In this document: piece by piece, positions 41,714 through 55,081 of the stretch
How the letters are laid out: every line of letters starts with the position of its first letter
Numbering within the stretch: position 1 is the first letter of the stretch
NCBI GenBank assembly: GCA_013239625.1
Contig: MU053652.1
Span: 930,001-994,000 of the forward strand
Length of the DNA stretch: 64,000 nt
Direction of reading: 5' to 3'
Origin: Lama guanicoe
Lineage: Eukaryota
Notes under the pieces: generated by a model
Databases searched by the model: none
Told to the model about the DNA's origin: nothing
The model's input: only the letters and a program-made list of their open reading frames with translations
Position numbers and translations under genes: made by a program

Positions 41714-41957
41714 CTTGGTTGGTTCTCGGCCGTGAGGTTCTCTCCCCTCTGATAGGCACTGTCAGCCACCTGGGTTGTAGACCGCTTCACAATTTGCTTC
41801 AGCTCCTGCTCTAAGCGTTCTGTGATTGCCTTCACCGTCTCTGGGATCTTCTTCAGTTTGGCCAGCCCCTTGATGAGGATGCCCATAAAAAGAGTGCTAT
41901 TCTCCTCGGGATCCAAATCCAAATCCTCCCTGATGTCCTGGAGGTTTATCTCCTTCA
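41714..41957 (-). CDS. EXOC4: EXOC4 internal coding exon (human exon 6 equivalent), 244 bp
   Basis: Translates as (V)[80 protein letters not shown](R). Acceptor poly-T..aaccag|TG, donor AAG|gtaggt. Phase 1 in, phase 2 out. Confidence 0.97.
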
Positions 41958-41958
41958 C

Positions 41959-42005
<47 letters not shown>

Positions 42006-42179
42006 AAAAAAAATCTTCTTCAGTTTGGCCAGCCCCTTGATGAGGATGCCCATAAAAAGAGTGCTATTCTCCTCGGGATCCAAATCCAAATCCTCCCTGA
42101 TGTCCTGGAGGTTTATCTCCTTCACTGGTTAAAAAAAAAAAAAAAGAAAGAAAGAAAGAAAGAAAGAAAATTAAAAATA
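41846..42179. repeat. 167-bp tandem duplication covering the 5' half of exon 6 plus its acceptor and A-tract
   Basis: 41846-41963 is identical to 42013-42130 (118 bp). Both copies are followed by a 40-nt A-rich tract and then TT. Confidence 0.95.
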
Positions 42180-45100
42180 GCCAGAGATTCCATTACCAAA
42201 TTCAAACACAGAATGGGTCTAAAAACTGAGATCACGCTCTTAAAGGAATCAGAAAAGTTTTTCAATTAAATGTGTGATTAAATGGTATTTACCTAGTAGC
42301 TATCTAAAAATCACACACACACAGTTACATTCCTCAAATCATACCCATCAGTTAGTAAGAGGTAGAAGCAATTAAAAGCAAGTAAGCAAATCTCCAGAGT
42401 TTTCCATAGACAACCACTTCCACAATGAGTCAGCTGGTTCATGATATTTATTAAGCATTTACTGTTTATAAAATGCCATACCTGGTGCTGCGAGAGAATT
42501 TTAAAGAGCCAGACCACAGTCTCAAATTCCTGTTTATTAGTTAGCAGAGATACACAGCTTGAAAAGACAATAAATACATGTGGAAAAGAAAAGGTAAATA
42601 AGTTAAAATTATAAAAAATGATAAAAGAGCAAAGAAAAAGAAAGGAAAAATAATATGTACAAGTGAGACAAGACTGTGAGGAAAAGACTAATGCAGAGTA
42701 TTTCATAAACATAGAAGAACCTTCTATTTTTCTTTAAACATATGTCTAACACATCATCATTATCTACTGAAGTCAGGTCTTGCTAATCCATGGAAGTTTT
42801 CTGAGTAGTAGTATGTGTCAAAAGTCTCTGCAGATCTTTCAACTACCATCTGGTTTGGGAATGAAAGACACAGCCTTTAACGGTAGTTCTTAACCCCTGG
42901 GGGGAGCTGGGGAGACGTTAAAGTAAAGTAACTCTAAAAGTAACTCTTTCCTTCTACAAATGGCTGGATTACGGCAGACAAAAGCAAAGACTGAGTACAA
43001 GCCTAACGACAGACCCTCATAAAGTTTGCCCACCCTTCCCTCTCCTCCACACCTCAAAATAACTGAAAGGTTTTAAAATGTGGTATCCTAGAAGAATGCA
43101 TGCATTTTTCTCTTGCAGATTCAAGTTCAACTATACTACCAACCCACTCTGAGTTGTTCGGCACCACTAGCATGTTTTGAAATTTATTTATTTAGGGAAG
43201 AATGAAAATATCCCTGCATATGGAGTAAATCTTCATAACCAGCGTGTGAAGTCTCTAAAAACCACTACTTCAGATGACATGTTCTCCTCAATGTCTTTTT
43301 TGCTCTCAACTCATAAAATGCATTTACATATGGGTATTTAATGTTCATTTAGTGACATGACATGTATGCATGATCTAATTACTTACACAAGTTTGTTGTA
43401 AAGTGATTAAGTCCTCTACATATTTATTCATAATACTGCTGTCTTAGACTCACCAGACCCCTGAAGCCCCCCAACAAGAGAGAGAAGCACACAGAGAATA
43501 ACTAAATCCATATAGTTTTCTTCACAATGAAGAGGGCATTTAAGGATTTGATATTTAGTTTTATAAATTTTAATACTAGCAAACTGGGAGTAGAATCAAG
43601 TCTTAAGTCTATAACTGACACGACAATTCTAAAGGCAAATCAAAAAAAGTCATCGATATTTCCAAATGTGACATTCCGAGGACAGACATTTTAGCTACTG
43701 GTTTTGCTTTCCACATGAAGAACTAGACACCTCCAGCCACGGAATTACTCCATCCTGCAAAACCAACCCCAACAGGGGAAGAGAAAAGTACTTAGCAGCT
43801 AGGGAGACATCGAAATTCAGCATGTCAGGCAGGGAAAATGAAGCAAAACTATAAGCAGAGCTTCAGGCAGGAAAGTAATAGAAATTTAGCTGAGACAAAA
43901 TGATCTTCACAAAAGAGCACATATGAGTCACAGACAGGACACATGCAAAGGGCCACCGGAACATCATAGCCGCCTGCTGCAAGAATGATGGGTGATGAGA
44001 TAAATACAGCTGAATTCATTAAGCCCCTAGATTATGTGGCATATGGCTACTTACATGCATCCTAATATGATAGATAGCCTATTAAAAAATAGCAAATAAG
44101 CAAGGTATGAATAATAAAATGCCACAGCCCCAAATGGCACATTTGTTTACCACCTTAACTTTCTGTTTGTCTCCTGAAATCTCCTAGAGCATAAACATTG
44201 AGCAGAGCCAATATTAATTAATTTACATTATCTATTTCACTTACATCAGCTGAAAATTAAAAGGCAATTTAAAAGAATAATATAATCAACCATGAAGACC
44301 AGTCTAGTAATCACAAAATCTCTGTGAGGTCAGATAGAATTATTGGCACTTACAGTAGAAAGCCTCGTACAAAAATAATTAAGCTGAAATTCTGTTAAGG
44401 CCTCACACTACCATTAAAACAAAATATACCTATTTCCAAACTAAAAGACCTCAAATCATTCTCTCTATTGCTATAGTATCTACTCAATGTGCAGGTTTTA
44501 GAATACTTAAAAATTAGAAATACTTTACCCCCTTTCCCAATTCTCTTATATGTGTTTTTTTTTTTTTTTATCTGAGGACCTTATCAAGTGAGGATTTCTG
44601 GAACCTGGTTTTGAAGATTTTCACTGATAGGACAGTGCTATTAAAAGACTTTCATGTTCTTATCTTGGCAATTATAAATAATGTTGCTGTTAACAGTGGG
44701 TTTTTATATTTTTTGAATTCTTATTCAGTAGTTGGCTTTATTCCTTTGATAACTATGTAAGTTCAAAAAGCTAAAGCTCTAAATGTTCTTAGAAACAATG
44801 AACAGTACATATAAGTAAATTTTTAAAAATATGTGCAGTATATTGTGTCTATGTATTTACATGCAATATATTATATATGTGCAGTCAAACTGTAACAATT
44901 CTACCTAATACAACTCAAAGTGAAAAAAAGACTTTTCATGTTCTTTAACAAATTATTTCTACTAAAATCCTACTGGCCCCAGTTGTTTCTTATTTACACA
45001 CACACACACGCCTAGAAAGATGGATAAACAGATACGAGACAGACATATACAGATATATGGGTATATATGCCTAAGTGGCTGGAAATCGTGTCCTTGTGGA

Positions 45101-47993
45101 ATCATGGAAGGAGATTTTAACTAGGACACTGGCCGTCATGAAAGGATTAACCACATGATATCTCAGGTCTTTTCAAGCTCCCTAATTCCATGATTCTATT
45201 AACTACAGTTCAACTTTAGATATCTCTGGCTACAAGGCCTATTGCTAATTATATATACCTATATTATAGGAGCCCACTTAAAAAATAACAAATAAGCTTA
45301 GGTGACTAATCCACTTATGCAGCTAAATAGCTTTTAAAAGTCAACTACTTTTTTGTTTCCTAGTGAGTACAGAAAGCAAACTAGAGCAGTCCACGGCTGC
45401 TCTCAGTCTCAGGATGTTTGGTAAGACCAGATCAGTAACACACATCACACCCTACACACATCATCAAGCTGCAGAAGATAAGGGTCCTGGTAACACACTT
45501 TTACTTCTTATTGAATGTGTTATATTATTTCATTTATCATTTATATTTATACATGTTAACTAAGGTGTAAGAGATAATAGTATTTACTACAGAAACTCCT
45601 GGAGCTGTCTCTCCTTACACTATGCATGGTACCTAAGTTATGTGAAGTTCATAAATATGATTTCAACCTACAGAACTTAACTCACATGTCATATTCAAGA
45701 ACATTAGCCCTATTATAAGAGGAGAAATGTCTGCTACTATTGAACACATTCAATATAAAAAGCAGCCTTCAAAAAACGACTAAGCCTAATTAGACCAGAA
45801 AGTATCAAGAGGATTTACACATCCACAATGCTGCCCCCGCAGATGGGAGCCTGGTCTCAGAACACTGATAATATTCTCAACTAGAAAATAACAAGAAAGT
45901 TACCACTTAGCAACAATTTTTGGGCTTCTGATCAAAATGGCACTCTAAATTCATACTTGAGATTTCCAATCTGCTCAAAACACACTTATACATAAGACAT
46001 AAATTAAGATATTAAAAAGAAATAGTTGGCTCAAAATTGAGAGTAACATCTTGGTAGACAAGAAATGCCAACAACTCAGGTCAGAGTGTGAGTCCTATGA
46101 GCCGTGGAGGCAGAAACAGGCAAATGCAGGTAGGATTTGGCCCATGGAGGGTTACAGAGACTAAATATGCTCTACTGGCCAGGTGAGCTGACCATTAAGG
46201 GCGGCAAGCACAGGACCAAACCAAGCCCTAGGGGCTACCCTGGTAGGCTACTAGCCTCATCAAAGCCTTATTCTCCATTCATGTCCCAGTGGAGGTTACT
46301 TGGTCAACTACTGATCTTAAATACCATTTGGTTCACCAATGAAAAATTATTTCCAACATCTTTTATTCTAATTAACGCACCCACTGGTGCAGATTGAGAA
46401 AGCAGTATCTGATTTACTGGTTGCCTCTGGAGTATAGAGTCTTGATTAGGGTCTTTCAAATGTTAACTAACTACCCCTACATTGTGCGGTCCTGATTAAG
46501 GTATTTCAAAAATGTTAACTAAGCACCCCTAAGGTGCAGATTAAATTACTTTAAAGAAAGCTACAGACAATATAACACCCCATTCCTGAAAGGAGGCTGC
46601 CAAAAGCTATTGCCAACTGCTATTTGCGGCGATCATTTACATGGAGCTAAGAGATTTTACAGCCTCAGCACGGGGATAGTTTCAACTAGAGGTGGAGATG
46701 AACCCCCCACTGAATGAATATGCACTGGCCCCTCCATAGTGAAAGTGGGCTAAGGGGGAAATGATGGTGTGTTTGGGGAGAAGGTAGAGTGGAATCCTCT
46801 ATTAGGATAAAAACAAAACTAACATCTGTGTTGAATCAACTTTCCTTGGGACAACAACTGATGTGCATTATCTCACCTAGAGGAAGGAAGATGTACCTTT
46901 GTAGGTCAAGGAATAGCAACCAATGGAGAGGAGGCTACTAGAAATATAACAAAGATCCAAGCAGATCAGAGCACAGACTATGGGGAAGGGACTTAAAGGC
47001 AGACAGAATTTGAAAGAGCAGTGTTTGAAACACATAGCCTCTGAAGGAGAAAAAAAAAGATAAAAAGGAAGAGAAAAATGCATTTTTGCTACTGGATGGT
47101 GAAGAGAGAAAGAAGCAAAAAGAGAAAATTCAGGACCGTACAAGACAAGAGATTCAAAATCAGAGAACAAACAAGATTCCCCCACCACCAAAACAAACAA
47201 AAAGCCCACTGAAGTGTCTGGAGTTTGCTATAATGACAGAAGAGGGAGCCAATGAGCTAGGAATCCTAAGAAACACCCCAGTATCATAAAAATAAACAAA
47301 GAATGAACAGATTCATATGAGAGTATCATAAAAAAACCCAACGCACATCAATGGAGGGAAGTTCCCTCCAATAAAACAACCATGAAGCACAAGAAAACCA
47401 GAAGACAACACTCCAGGTGGAATTCATACACTCTAACAAGAATTTGGGGATATAGAAAGTCATCTTGAATCAGAAATCCAAAAACTAGAAACAGACATGG
47501 ACAATCAAAAGCAAAGTGTGAAGAGGAAAGAGATGGAAGAAAAAGAAAATTTTCTCAGATATGAAGATAAATTACAAAATACCCAAGGGAGAAGAGACTC
47601 AAATGAGTGTATTATAAAGGATATTCAGAAAATACAGAAAACCGAAATAGAATAAAAGGCAGATTTTAAAAATAAATGAAAAGATAAAAGAGAAAGTAGT
47701 GGAAATGGATGACAGGCAAAGAAAAAAATAAGTGATAAAGAAGAAAAGCAAACAAAAGAACACTTAAAATTGTAAACCAAGAAAACTTAACAAAAAAAAT
47801 TTTTTTAATTGTGAATGCACATAATAAAAGAACAGCTGACTGATTATCTTGGAAAATGAACTCCCAAAAATCAACTCCAAGACACAGCCTACTAAAACTA
47901 CCTAACTCCCAAGATTAAAAAATCCTCAAGGCCTACAGGATCAAGTAACTTCTAAAGGAAAAAAAAATTAGGCATCAGAATTTTCATAAAGCA

Positions 47994-48090
47994 GGGAGGT
48001 GAGTATAGCTCAGTGGTAGAGCATGTGTTTAGCATGCATGAGGTCCTGGGTTCAATTTCCAGTGCCTCCAAAAAAAAACAAACAAAAAAT
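47994..48090 (+). mobile_element. tRNA-Ala-derived short SINE (camelid vic-1 type)
   Basis: gggaggtgagtatagctcagtggtagagcatgtgtttagcatgcatgaggtcctgggttcaatttccagtgcctcca plus an A-rich tail. Has A box (tagctcagtgg) and B box (ggttcaatttcc). Degenerate TSD aattttcataaagca / aatttcattcagca. Confidence 0.85.
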
Positions 48091-49597
48091 TTTTTTTAAA
48101 AATTTCATTCAGCACACAAAGGAAGACAACAATGAAATCACATTTTTTTAAAAATTCAATAATTGAAAGTGTAAACCAAGGACTCTATATCCCCTCAAGT
48201 TGTCCTGTAAGTATCAAGGCCATAGGAAAGCGGGGGGGGGGGGTAGTTTTCAAATGAAGGAACCCTGCTCCCATGAGCCCTTCTTGAGGGATTTTTTAGA
48301 TGATGAACTTCATCCAACCGAAAGACAACTAGGAAATTTCAGCAAAAAGCCTGTGGGCAATAGATGAGATATAAAAGATACCAATAAAAACAGAAATCTG
48401 AAAGTAAAGGTTTAAGAAAAAAGGGGGCTAGGAGCATTCTTTAAAGGCATACATTAAAAGACAACTACTAAGGGAAAGACTTCCTAAACAACCAAAAAAT
48501 TCTGTGTAAGTTCAAGAGCAAAGAACACATATCTCAGAGAGAAAGACACAGCATACATAACATAATACACATATTTATAAAATACTATGATAGTAGTTGA
48601 GAAAAAGTGTTATCAGTCATATCAATACATATCAATGGATTCAACTCATTGAAAAAAGGGTTTTCAATTTGGCTTACAAAGCAAGGCCTAACTATATACG
48701 CTATACATGTACCGAAGCCAATTTAGTGGGGCTAAAAATATAAGATCAACAAATACATGCCAGTCAAAAAATATTACCCATGACAATTAAGGACACTTTT
48801 AATTCCAAAAGGCACAATTCATGATGAAACTACAACACTTATGACCATATATTCATACACCAAATAAAATAGCAACCACCACTGGTAAGTAACAACTTCA
48901 GGTGATGCAAAGAGACATAGAAGAAAAACACACTAAAAATAAGAATGGAGATAGAAAACCTAAACAACGTAATTAAACAACATAATTAAATAAGGTGGCT
49001 CTCATGAATACATATCAAACCCTCCATCTGATAACAGAAAATGCATCGTCATCTCAAGCACCCCTGGTACATTCAAAAAAATTGATCATATATTAAGTCA
49101 CAAAGAAAATGTCAGTGAGTTCTATAAAGAAAAATTATTACAAGCAACACACTGAAGTCAATGCAATAAAGCTAGAAAATATTCAGGAAAACAGAACAAA
49201 GACAAAAGACCCTTTCATTTTTAAATTTAAAATTCTTCTACAAAAAACGCTTGGATGAAAGAGGAAATAAAAACTGAAATAAGACAACTTTTTAATGATA
49301 ATGTGCCTATGGGATACATTTAAAGCAGTGATGAGAGAAAACTTCGTATCATTAAACACTTTGATCAGTAAAACTGAAAGAATTAAAGTACGTGATTTTA
49401 ATTTCTAACTCAGAAAAAAAAAAAGGATAAAGAAGGAAAAAAGAAAGATAAAGCAAAAAATGAGGTAGAGAACAGAAAAACAGACCTAGTCAATAAACCA
49501 AAATCCTGGTTACTACTTGGTGGGGTGGCAGGGAGGGGAACTAACACAATATACAAACCATTAGCTACTCTGATCAAGAAGAAATGACAGACAACAC

Positions 49598-49598
<1 letters not shown>

Positions 49599-49641
<43 letters not shown>

Positions 49642-49790
49642 AAAAAAAAAAAAAAAAAGGAAAAAAAAAAAAAAAAAGGAAAAAAAAAAAAAAAAAGGAA
49701 AAAAAAAAAAAAAAAGGAAAAAAAAAAAAAAAAAGGAAAAAAAAAAAAAAAAAGAAAAAAAAAAAAAACAAAAAAAAAAAAAAAAAGACA
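49599..49790. repeat. ~190-bp poly(A) tract with exact 19-bp (GG A17) periodicity
   Basis: GG at 49659, 49678, 49697, 49716 and 49735, and G at 49754. Confidence 0.9.
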
Positions 49791-50371
49791 AAAAGGAAAC
49801 AAAAGAAATTTTCAAAAGCATAAGAAAATACTTAGTAGATCTCTACAAAAATAAAATGAACAATAAATAGAATTAATAATTTCCTAGGGAAATACAGATT
49901 ACTAAAATTGGTCCCACTAGAGACAGAATGCTTTAGAGAGTAATTTATATTGATGAAACAGAAAATTATTGAAAAAATTAAAAGTGAAATAATAAAAAAG
50001 TACCAGATCCAAAAGGTTTCACAGGGAAATTCCTAAAATCTTCAAAACTCAGACAGCCCCAATGCTCCATAAATTGTTACAGAGCATTGAAAATGAAGGA
50101 AAATATCCTAATTCCCTTTATGAAGCATATTATTACAATGAAACCAAAATCTAGTAAGGTTTAGACTATGGGCCAATATTATTCATAAAAATCTTTGCAA
50201 AAATACTAAACAAAATATTAGCAAACAGAATTCAACACTACGCAGAAAATAACACAACACAATTAAGAGGGATTTATTTTAGGAATGAAAAATTGGTTCA
50301 GTATTAATAAACCCACTAATGTATCATATTAGCAGATCAAAAATAAAATTTAAAAATGGATAAAAGACATA

Positions 50372-50722
50372 CAGTCGGCCCTCCAGATCCATGGGTTCCA
50401 CATCCACAGATCCAACCAACAGTGGACAGAAAATATTTGGGGGAAAAAAATTCCAGGGAGTTCCAAAAAGCAAAACTTCAATTTGATTCATTCTGACAAC
50501 TGATTACATAGCATTTACACTGTATTTACAACTATTTACATAGCCTTTACATTGTATAACGTATTGTAAATAGTCCAGAGATGATTTAAAGTACATGAGA
50601 GAGTGTGCACAGGTTCTATGCAAATTCAGCACCATGTTAACATTAGGAATTTGAGCATCCATGGAGTTTGGTATTCCCAGGGGTCCTGGAATCAATCCCT
50701 TGCAGATTCCAAGGGATGAATG
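50372..50722. mobile_element. MER2 (TcMar-Tigger family MITE), near full length
   Basis: TA|cagtcggccctccagatccatgggttccacatccacagat..gagatgatttaaagtac..ggtcctggaatcaatccc..gattccaagggatgaatg; about 350 bp with degenerate TIRs. Confidence 0.88.
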
Positions 50723-53700
50723 CAATGACAACTCACAAAAAAAGTATTAAAATGGATCTAAAATATAAGAAAAGTTGTTCAACTCTTAGAGAAGTGCAAA
50801 TTAAAGCAATACTGTGATACCATTTTCCACCTATCACTGGTAAAAATTTTTAAGTATGAAAATATATTCTGTTGGTAAGGCTGTGGGGAAAACAAGTACT
50901 ATCATTCCATGGTGGTGGGGGATGCAAACTGCTACAACTCTTCTGAAGAACTGCTAATACTTCAAAACAAACAAACAAAAAAAAAACTATATGGGCTTCT
51001 CTTTTGACTTAGCTATCCCTTCTCTAGATATTTACCCTAATGATGAATCTGCAACAATATTAAAATACAAATTCACTGCATCATTGCTTGCAATGGCAAA
51101 ATATTGAAAACAACCTATATATCCACACATAAGAGAGTAACTGAATGATGGTATATCAAGCCAGTGGAGTACTATGTCATTGTGAAAAAAAAATCTCTAT
51201 GAACTAATGTGGAGTGATTTCCAGGATAAAGTGAAAACAGCAAAGTTTAAGAGAGTAACTATAGTATCTTATCCCTCATGGAAGACAGAGAGGTATAACA
51301 AAAGATACATGTTATCTGTGTTTGTGCAGAAATACTATGAAGATAAACCAGAAACTAATGAGACTGATTAACTATATGGGATGGGTAGAAATAGAACAGA
51401 GAGAATAGGGGACTAGTAATAGGATAAAAGAAATGGGAGGTAATGTGTCTGCGCATCTGTTTACATAAATCTGACACTCAGAACAGAGTAATATTTCCAG
51501 TGTCCCCCCAAGTAAGTAAGAAGAAATCAACCAGGATCTGGGGGAATCCAAATGCAACACAAATAGTAAGAAACAAATCTAAATGTATTCAAATTAATAG
51601 CATAAACACACTGAGTGAGTTAGAAAAGAACTAGCCTAAGCAACTTAATTTTGACTGTTTCAACCAAATACCAAAAGCCTTACAGTATGCAAACAGAACG
51701 GCACACAAATACTGTACTCAAGTTAATCAATCTGGTTTTCACTGGGACATAAATTGTTTTTCATGGGTTAGCAATTCTGAGATTATATTATGTGTATGCT
51801 AGGATTGTGCAAATAAGAAAAGAAAGGTACAAATACACAAACCTGAATTTGTGTTATTTCCTAGCTCTGTCATCTAAGAGGGACTACAGTAATAAAATAT
51901 CAGTAGTAATGACTACAACTAGAACACACATCTTGGTTACACTAAGTATTATTCACTTATAAAAGAACCAGGGCTTATTAGAGAAACAGTTAATTCCAAG
52001 GCTAGGACAGGGGAAGTACAGGTAAGCCTGAAATGTCTTGTGGCAACAGATGTAAGGAAGCATCCAACAATGATGGTGGCATATTGGAAGGACACAGGTA
52101 CCAACCTGAATGAGCTACCAGTGGCCAAATCTGGGATAAACTGAGCAACAAAATAATGGTGGCAAGTGATTATAACTTGCAGAACAAGATAAATATCCAT
52201 GAATTCTTACTGATATAATTAATGAATAAATAAATGTAGAAGAGGCAGGGCGTCATCACAGTAGAATTTCAATTAGTAAATGTAGACAGAATGATAGAAG
52301 AAAATTACAACTTGGCAAAGACCTAATAATTGCTGTAAGCAAGAATCATAGCTTGGAATATGTACTGCATTTCAAAGAAGAAAGAAAAACAGATGGTTAA
52401 AAAAATTTTAAACATCTCTATAGCACAGCAGGCAGCAAAAAAGAAAAAATACAATCTATAGCTTCCCACTCAGTATAAGAGGAAATAACTGGTCAAAAAC
52501 TAAGAGTAAATATACTGAATGGTAACATTTTAGAGGCATTTCCATTAAAGGCGAGACCCACTATTGCTTCTGCTATTCAACTTCGTGTAACTGCAGGTTT
52601 TCCTGCTATGGAAAAAATAACAGAAAAGCAAGGGGGAACAAATAAGTTTTTAAGAAATAAAGACAAAACTGTCCTTAAGTAAGACATTATAACTGTTTAC
52701 ATACAAAATCCAGGAAGCAATACAAAAATATTTTTCAAATATACTATCCTGATTTTTAAAATAATTCAGCAAAATTGCTAGGAAAAAGATCAATAGGAAA
52801 AAAGTAAAAGTTTCAGAAGTACAAGCAAATAGAAAATGTGGCAAAACAAATATTCACAACAACAACAAAAAATATATATATAAAGTACTCAGGAATACAC
52901 CTAACAAAAGATGAGCAGGACACTTACGGATCTAAAGAATTAAATGAAGACCACAAGATGGGAAGATTCAGTAAAAGACATAATTCTCTCAAATGACTAA
53001 GTTAAATGAAATTCCAAAGTCCCAACAGGGTTTTTTTTTTTTAATGGAACTTAACATCTTGATCCTAAAATGCACGAGTAAAGAGACAAGAATAGCTTAG
53101 ATAGTTTTGAAGATGAGGAAAATGGGAATACTTCCCTTATCAAAATAAACAATAAAGCTATCAATATCAAAATAGTGTGGCATCAGTGCAAAGACAGACA
53201 ACAGTCCAGTGAAACAAAGACTCTGTGAAAACCCACATATGTAAAAATATGACATAAGTGGTGCAAAAAAATCAGTAGGACTCTGTACTGTCTCTGCAAG
53301 TTTCCTATAAATCAAAAACTATTTTTAAGTAAAAAGTCTATTTAAAAAAAAAATTTTTAAAGTCAGTGGGGGAAGGATGGACTCCTGTAAATGGTGGAAT
53401 AATGGCTATGCATAAGAAAACAAAATTCTGTTCCTCATAAAATAAATAAATAAAAACCAACCCCAAATAGCTTAAGAGACCTATAAAATATTAAGACAGG
53501 TAAATGCTTTTTCACGAAATCATAATAGGAAAGGATTTCTTAAGACATAAGGAATACAAATTACAAAGAAAAATACTAATACATTTAACTACATTAGAAT
53601 AAAATCTAAAACATCTGTATAATAAAAACAAAGAGAAACTAACTAGACGATACCTACAAACAACTCATTTACAATAATTATTAGCATCCACTTAACTTTC

Positions 53701-55081
53701 TCACACATTAAGAAAAGGAACGGCACGATAAGACTGTGCAGACAATTCACAAAAGAGACCCAAGTGGTCCATACACATGGGAAGATGCTCAACACCACTA
53801 GAAACCAGAGAAATGCAAACCAATAACTTAAACTAAAACCACAAAACCTGTCGGATTTGCAGAAATCACTTTGCAAAAATTAAAGTCTAACAAAGCCAAT
53901 TTCAAGGGCAAGAAGTAGAGAAACAAAAGCTGACACACTGCTCAGCAGAACCTTCACTGGTATCATCACTTCAGAAAGCAACTGAGAGCAAAGTTTCCAA
54001 GGCCCAATATTCCTATCCATATACACACACACACCCTGCCCCACCTTTTGGACATCCTGGCACATATAGAAAATAACAGTACTTAGACAGCACAACCAGG
54101 GTAAACGGAGGTGGCTGTATATGACTAGAAAGGACTTCCCTAGGGATTCTGACTGTCCCAAGACCCAACCCAACTCCAAAAGTCGAAGAGTCTGAGATCC
54201 TAGATATTTCTATAAACCATTCCCAGTGGTTGGGAAACTCTGTCCTAAAGAAATATGTACAAGAATCCTCATTGCTGTAAGGCTCCTGAGAATGGAAAAC
54301 CAGAAACAACTTACACCTGGTCTACCTGTAAGGGGATGGGTAACTTGGGACCCATTTATATAATAAAACACTATATGTACAATAGTAAAATTAATAGTTA
54401 TAGCACATGAGAAAAGCCAAAAAGCACAACATTGGTATAAACTGGCTACACTTAAATTAAAAACGACAACAACAACAAACCACAATGTTGGCTGAAAACT
54501 TGCAGTAGTAGAATGCTACATATTATATTATGTAATTATAAGTTAATTAAACAAATTATATAGTTCAAATTAAGTAAATAAGTAAATTATATAATGTACT
54601 TAAGCCTTAAAATATTCAACAGACAATATGGTTTGTATATACAAATATATAAACAAATATAGCATTTATATATATATGATCTATAAACATACACATATAC
54701 AAATACATAAACTACATGTATTGTTTCTATATATACCCATGTACAACATATGTACACATATACATTCATACACACAGCAAAAGTATGAAAGCATACAGGA
54801 AAAAAGATACAGAACAATTTCAAAAGAGCAGTCAACCTCTGAGATAGAAGGGAAAGGAAAGAATTCATGCATTCATGGGAACTGCAATTCTTCCTGTAAT
54901 GTTTGATTTTTTTTTTAAAAAAAGAAACTGAAGCATATATGGAAAAAAAGTAAAATTTATTAATCTAGTGGGAAGTGTATGAGTGATGGTTATATTGATC
55001 TCTGATGCATAAATAATGTAATACTCATATTTTATAATGCATATTGATTATAAATATACTTTAATAATTAAATACAGAATA

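Larger units (their letters stand above)
46850..54500 (+). mobile_element. Large mosaic of ancient L1M sequence (ORF1-like, ORF2 EN/RT remnants, L1MC-like 3' UTR, further L1M ORF2 fragments)
   Basis: A-rich L1 motifs throughout, e.g. atatcaatggattcaactca (EN start), accagatccaaaaggtttcacagggaaattc and aaaatactaaacaaaatattagcaaacagaattcaaca (RT), ttagaggcatttccattaaag, aggaatacacctaacaaaagatg. Confidence 0.75.

Noticed and set aside
47994..48070. Functional tRNA-Ala gene
   Set aside because: The acceptor stem is disrupted, and it has an A tail, a TSD and an insertion site inside L1, so it is a SINE.
49410..49821. Poly-Phe ORFs
   Set aside because: These are translations of the poly(A) tract, itself probably artefactual.
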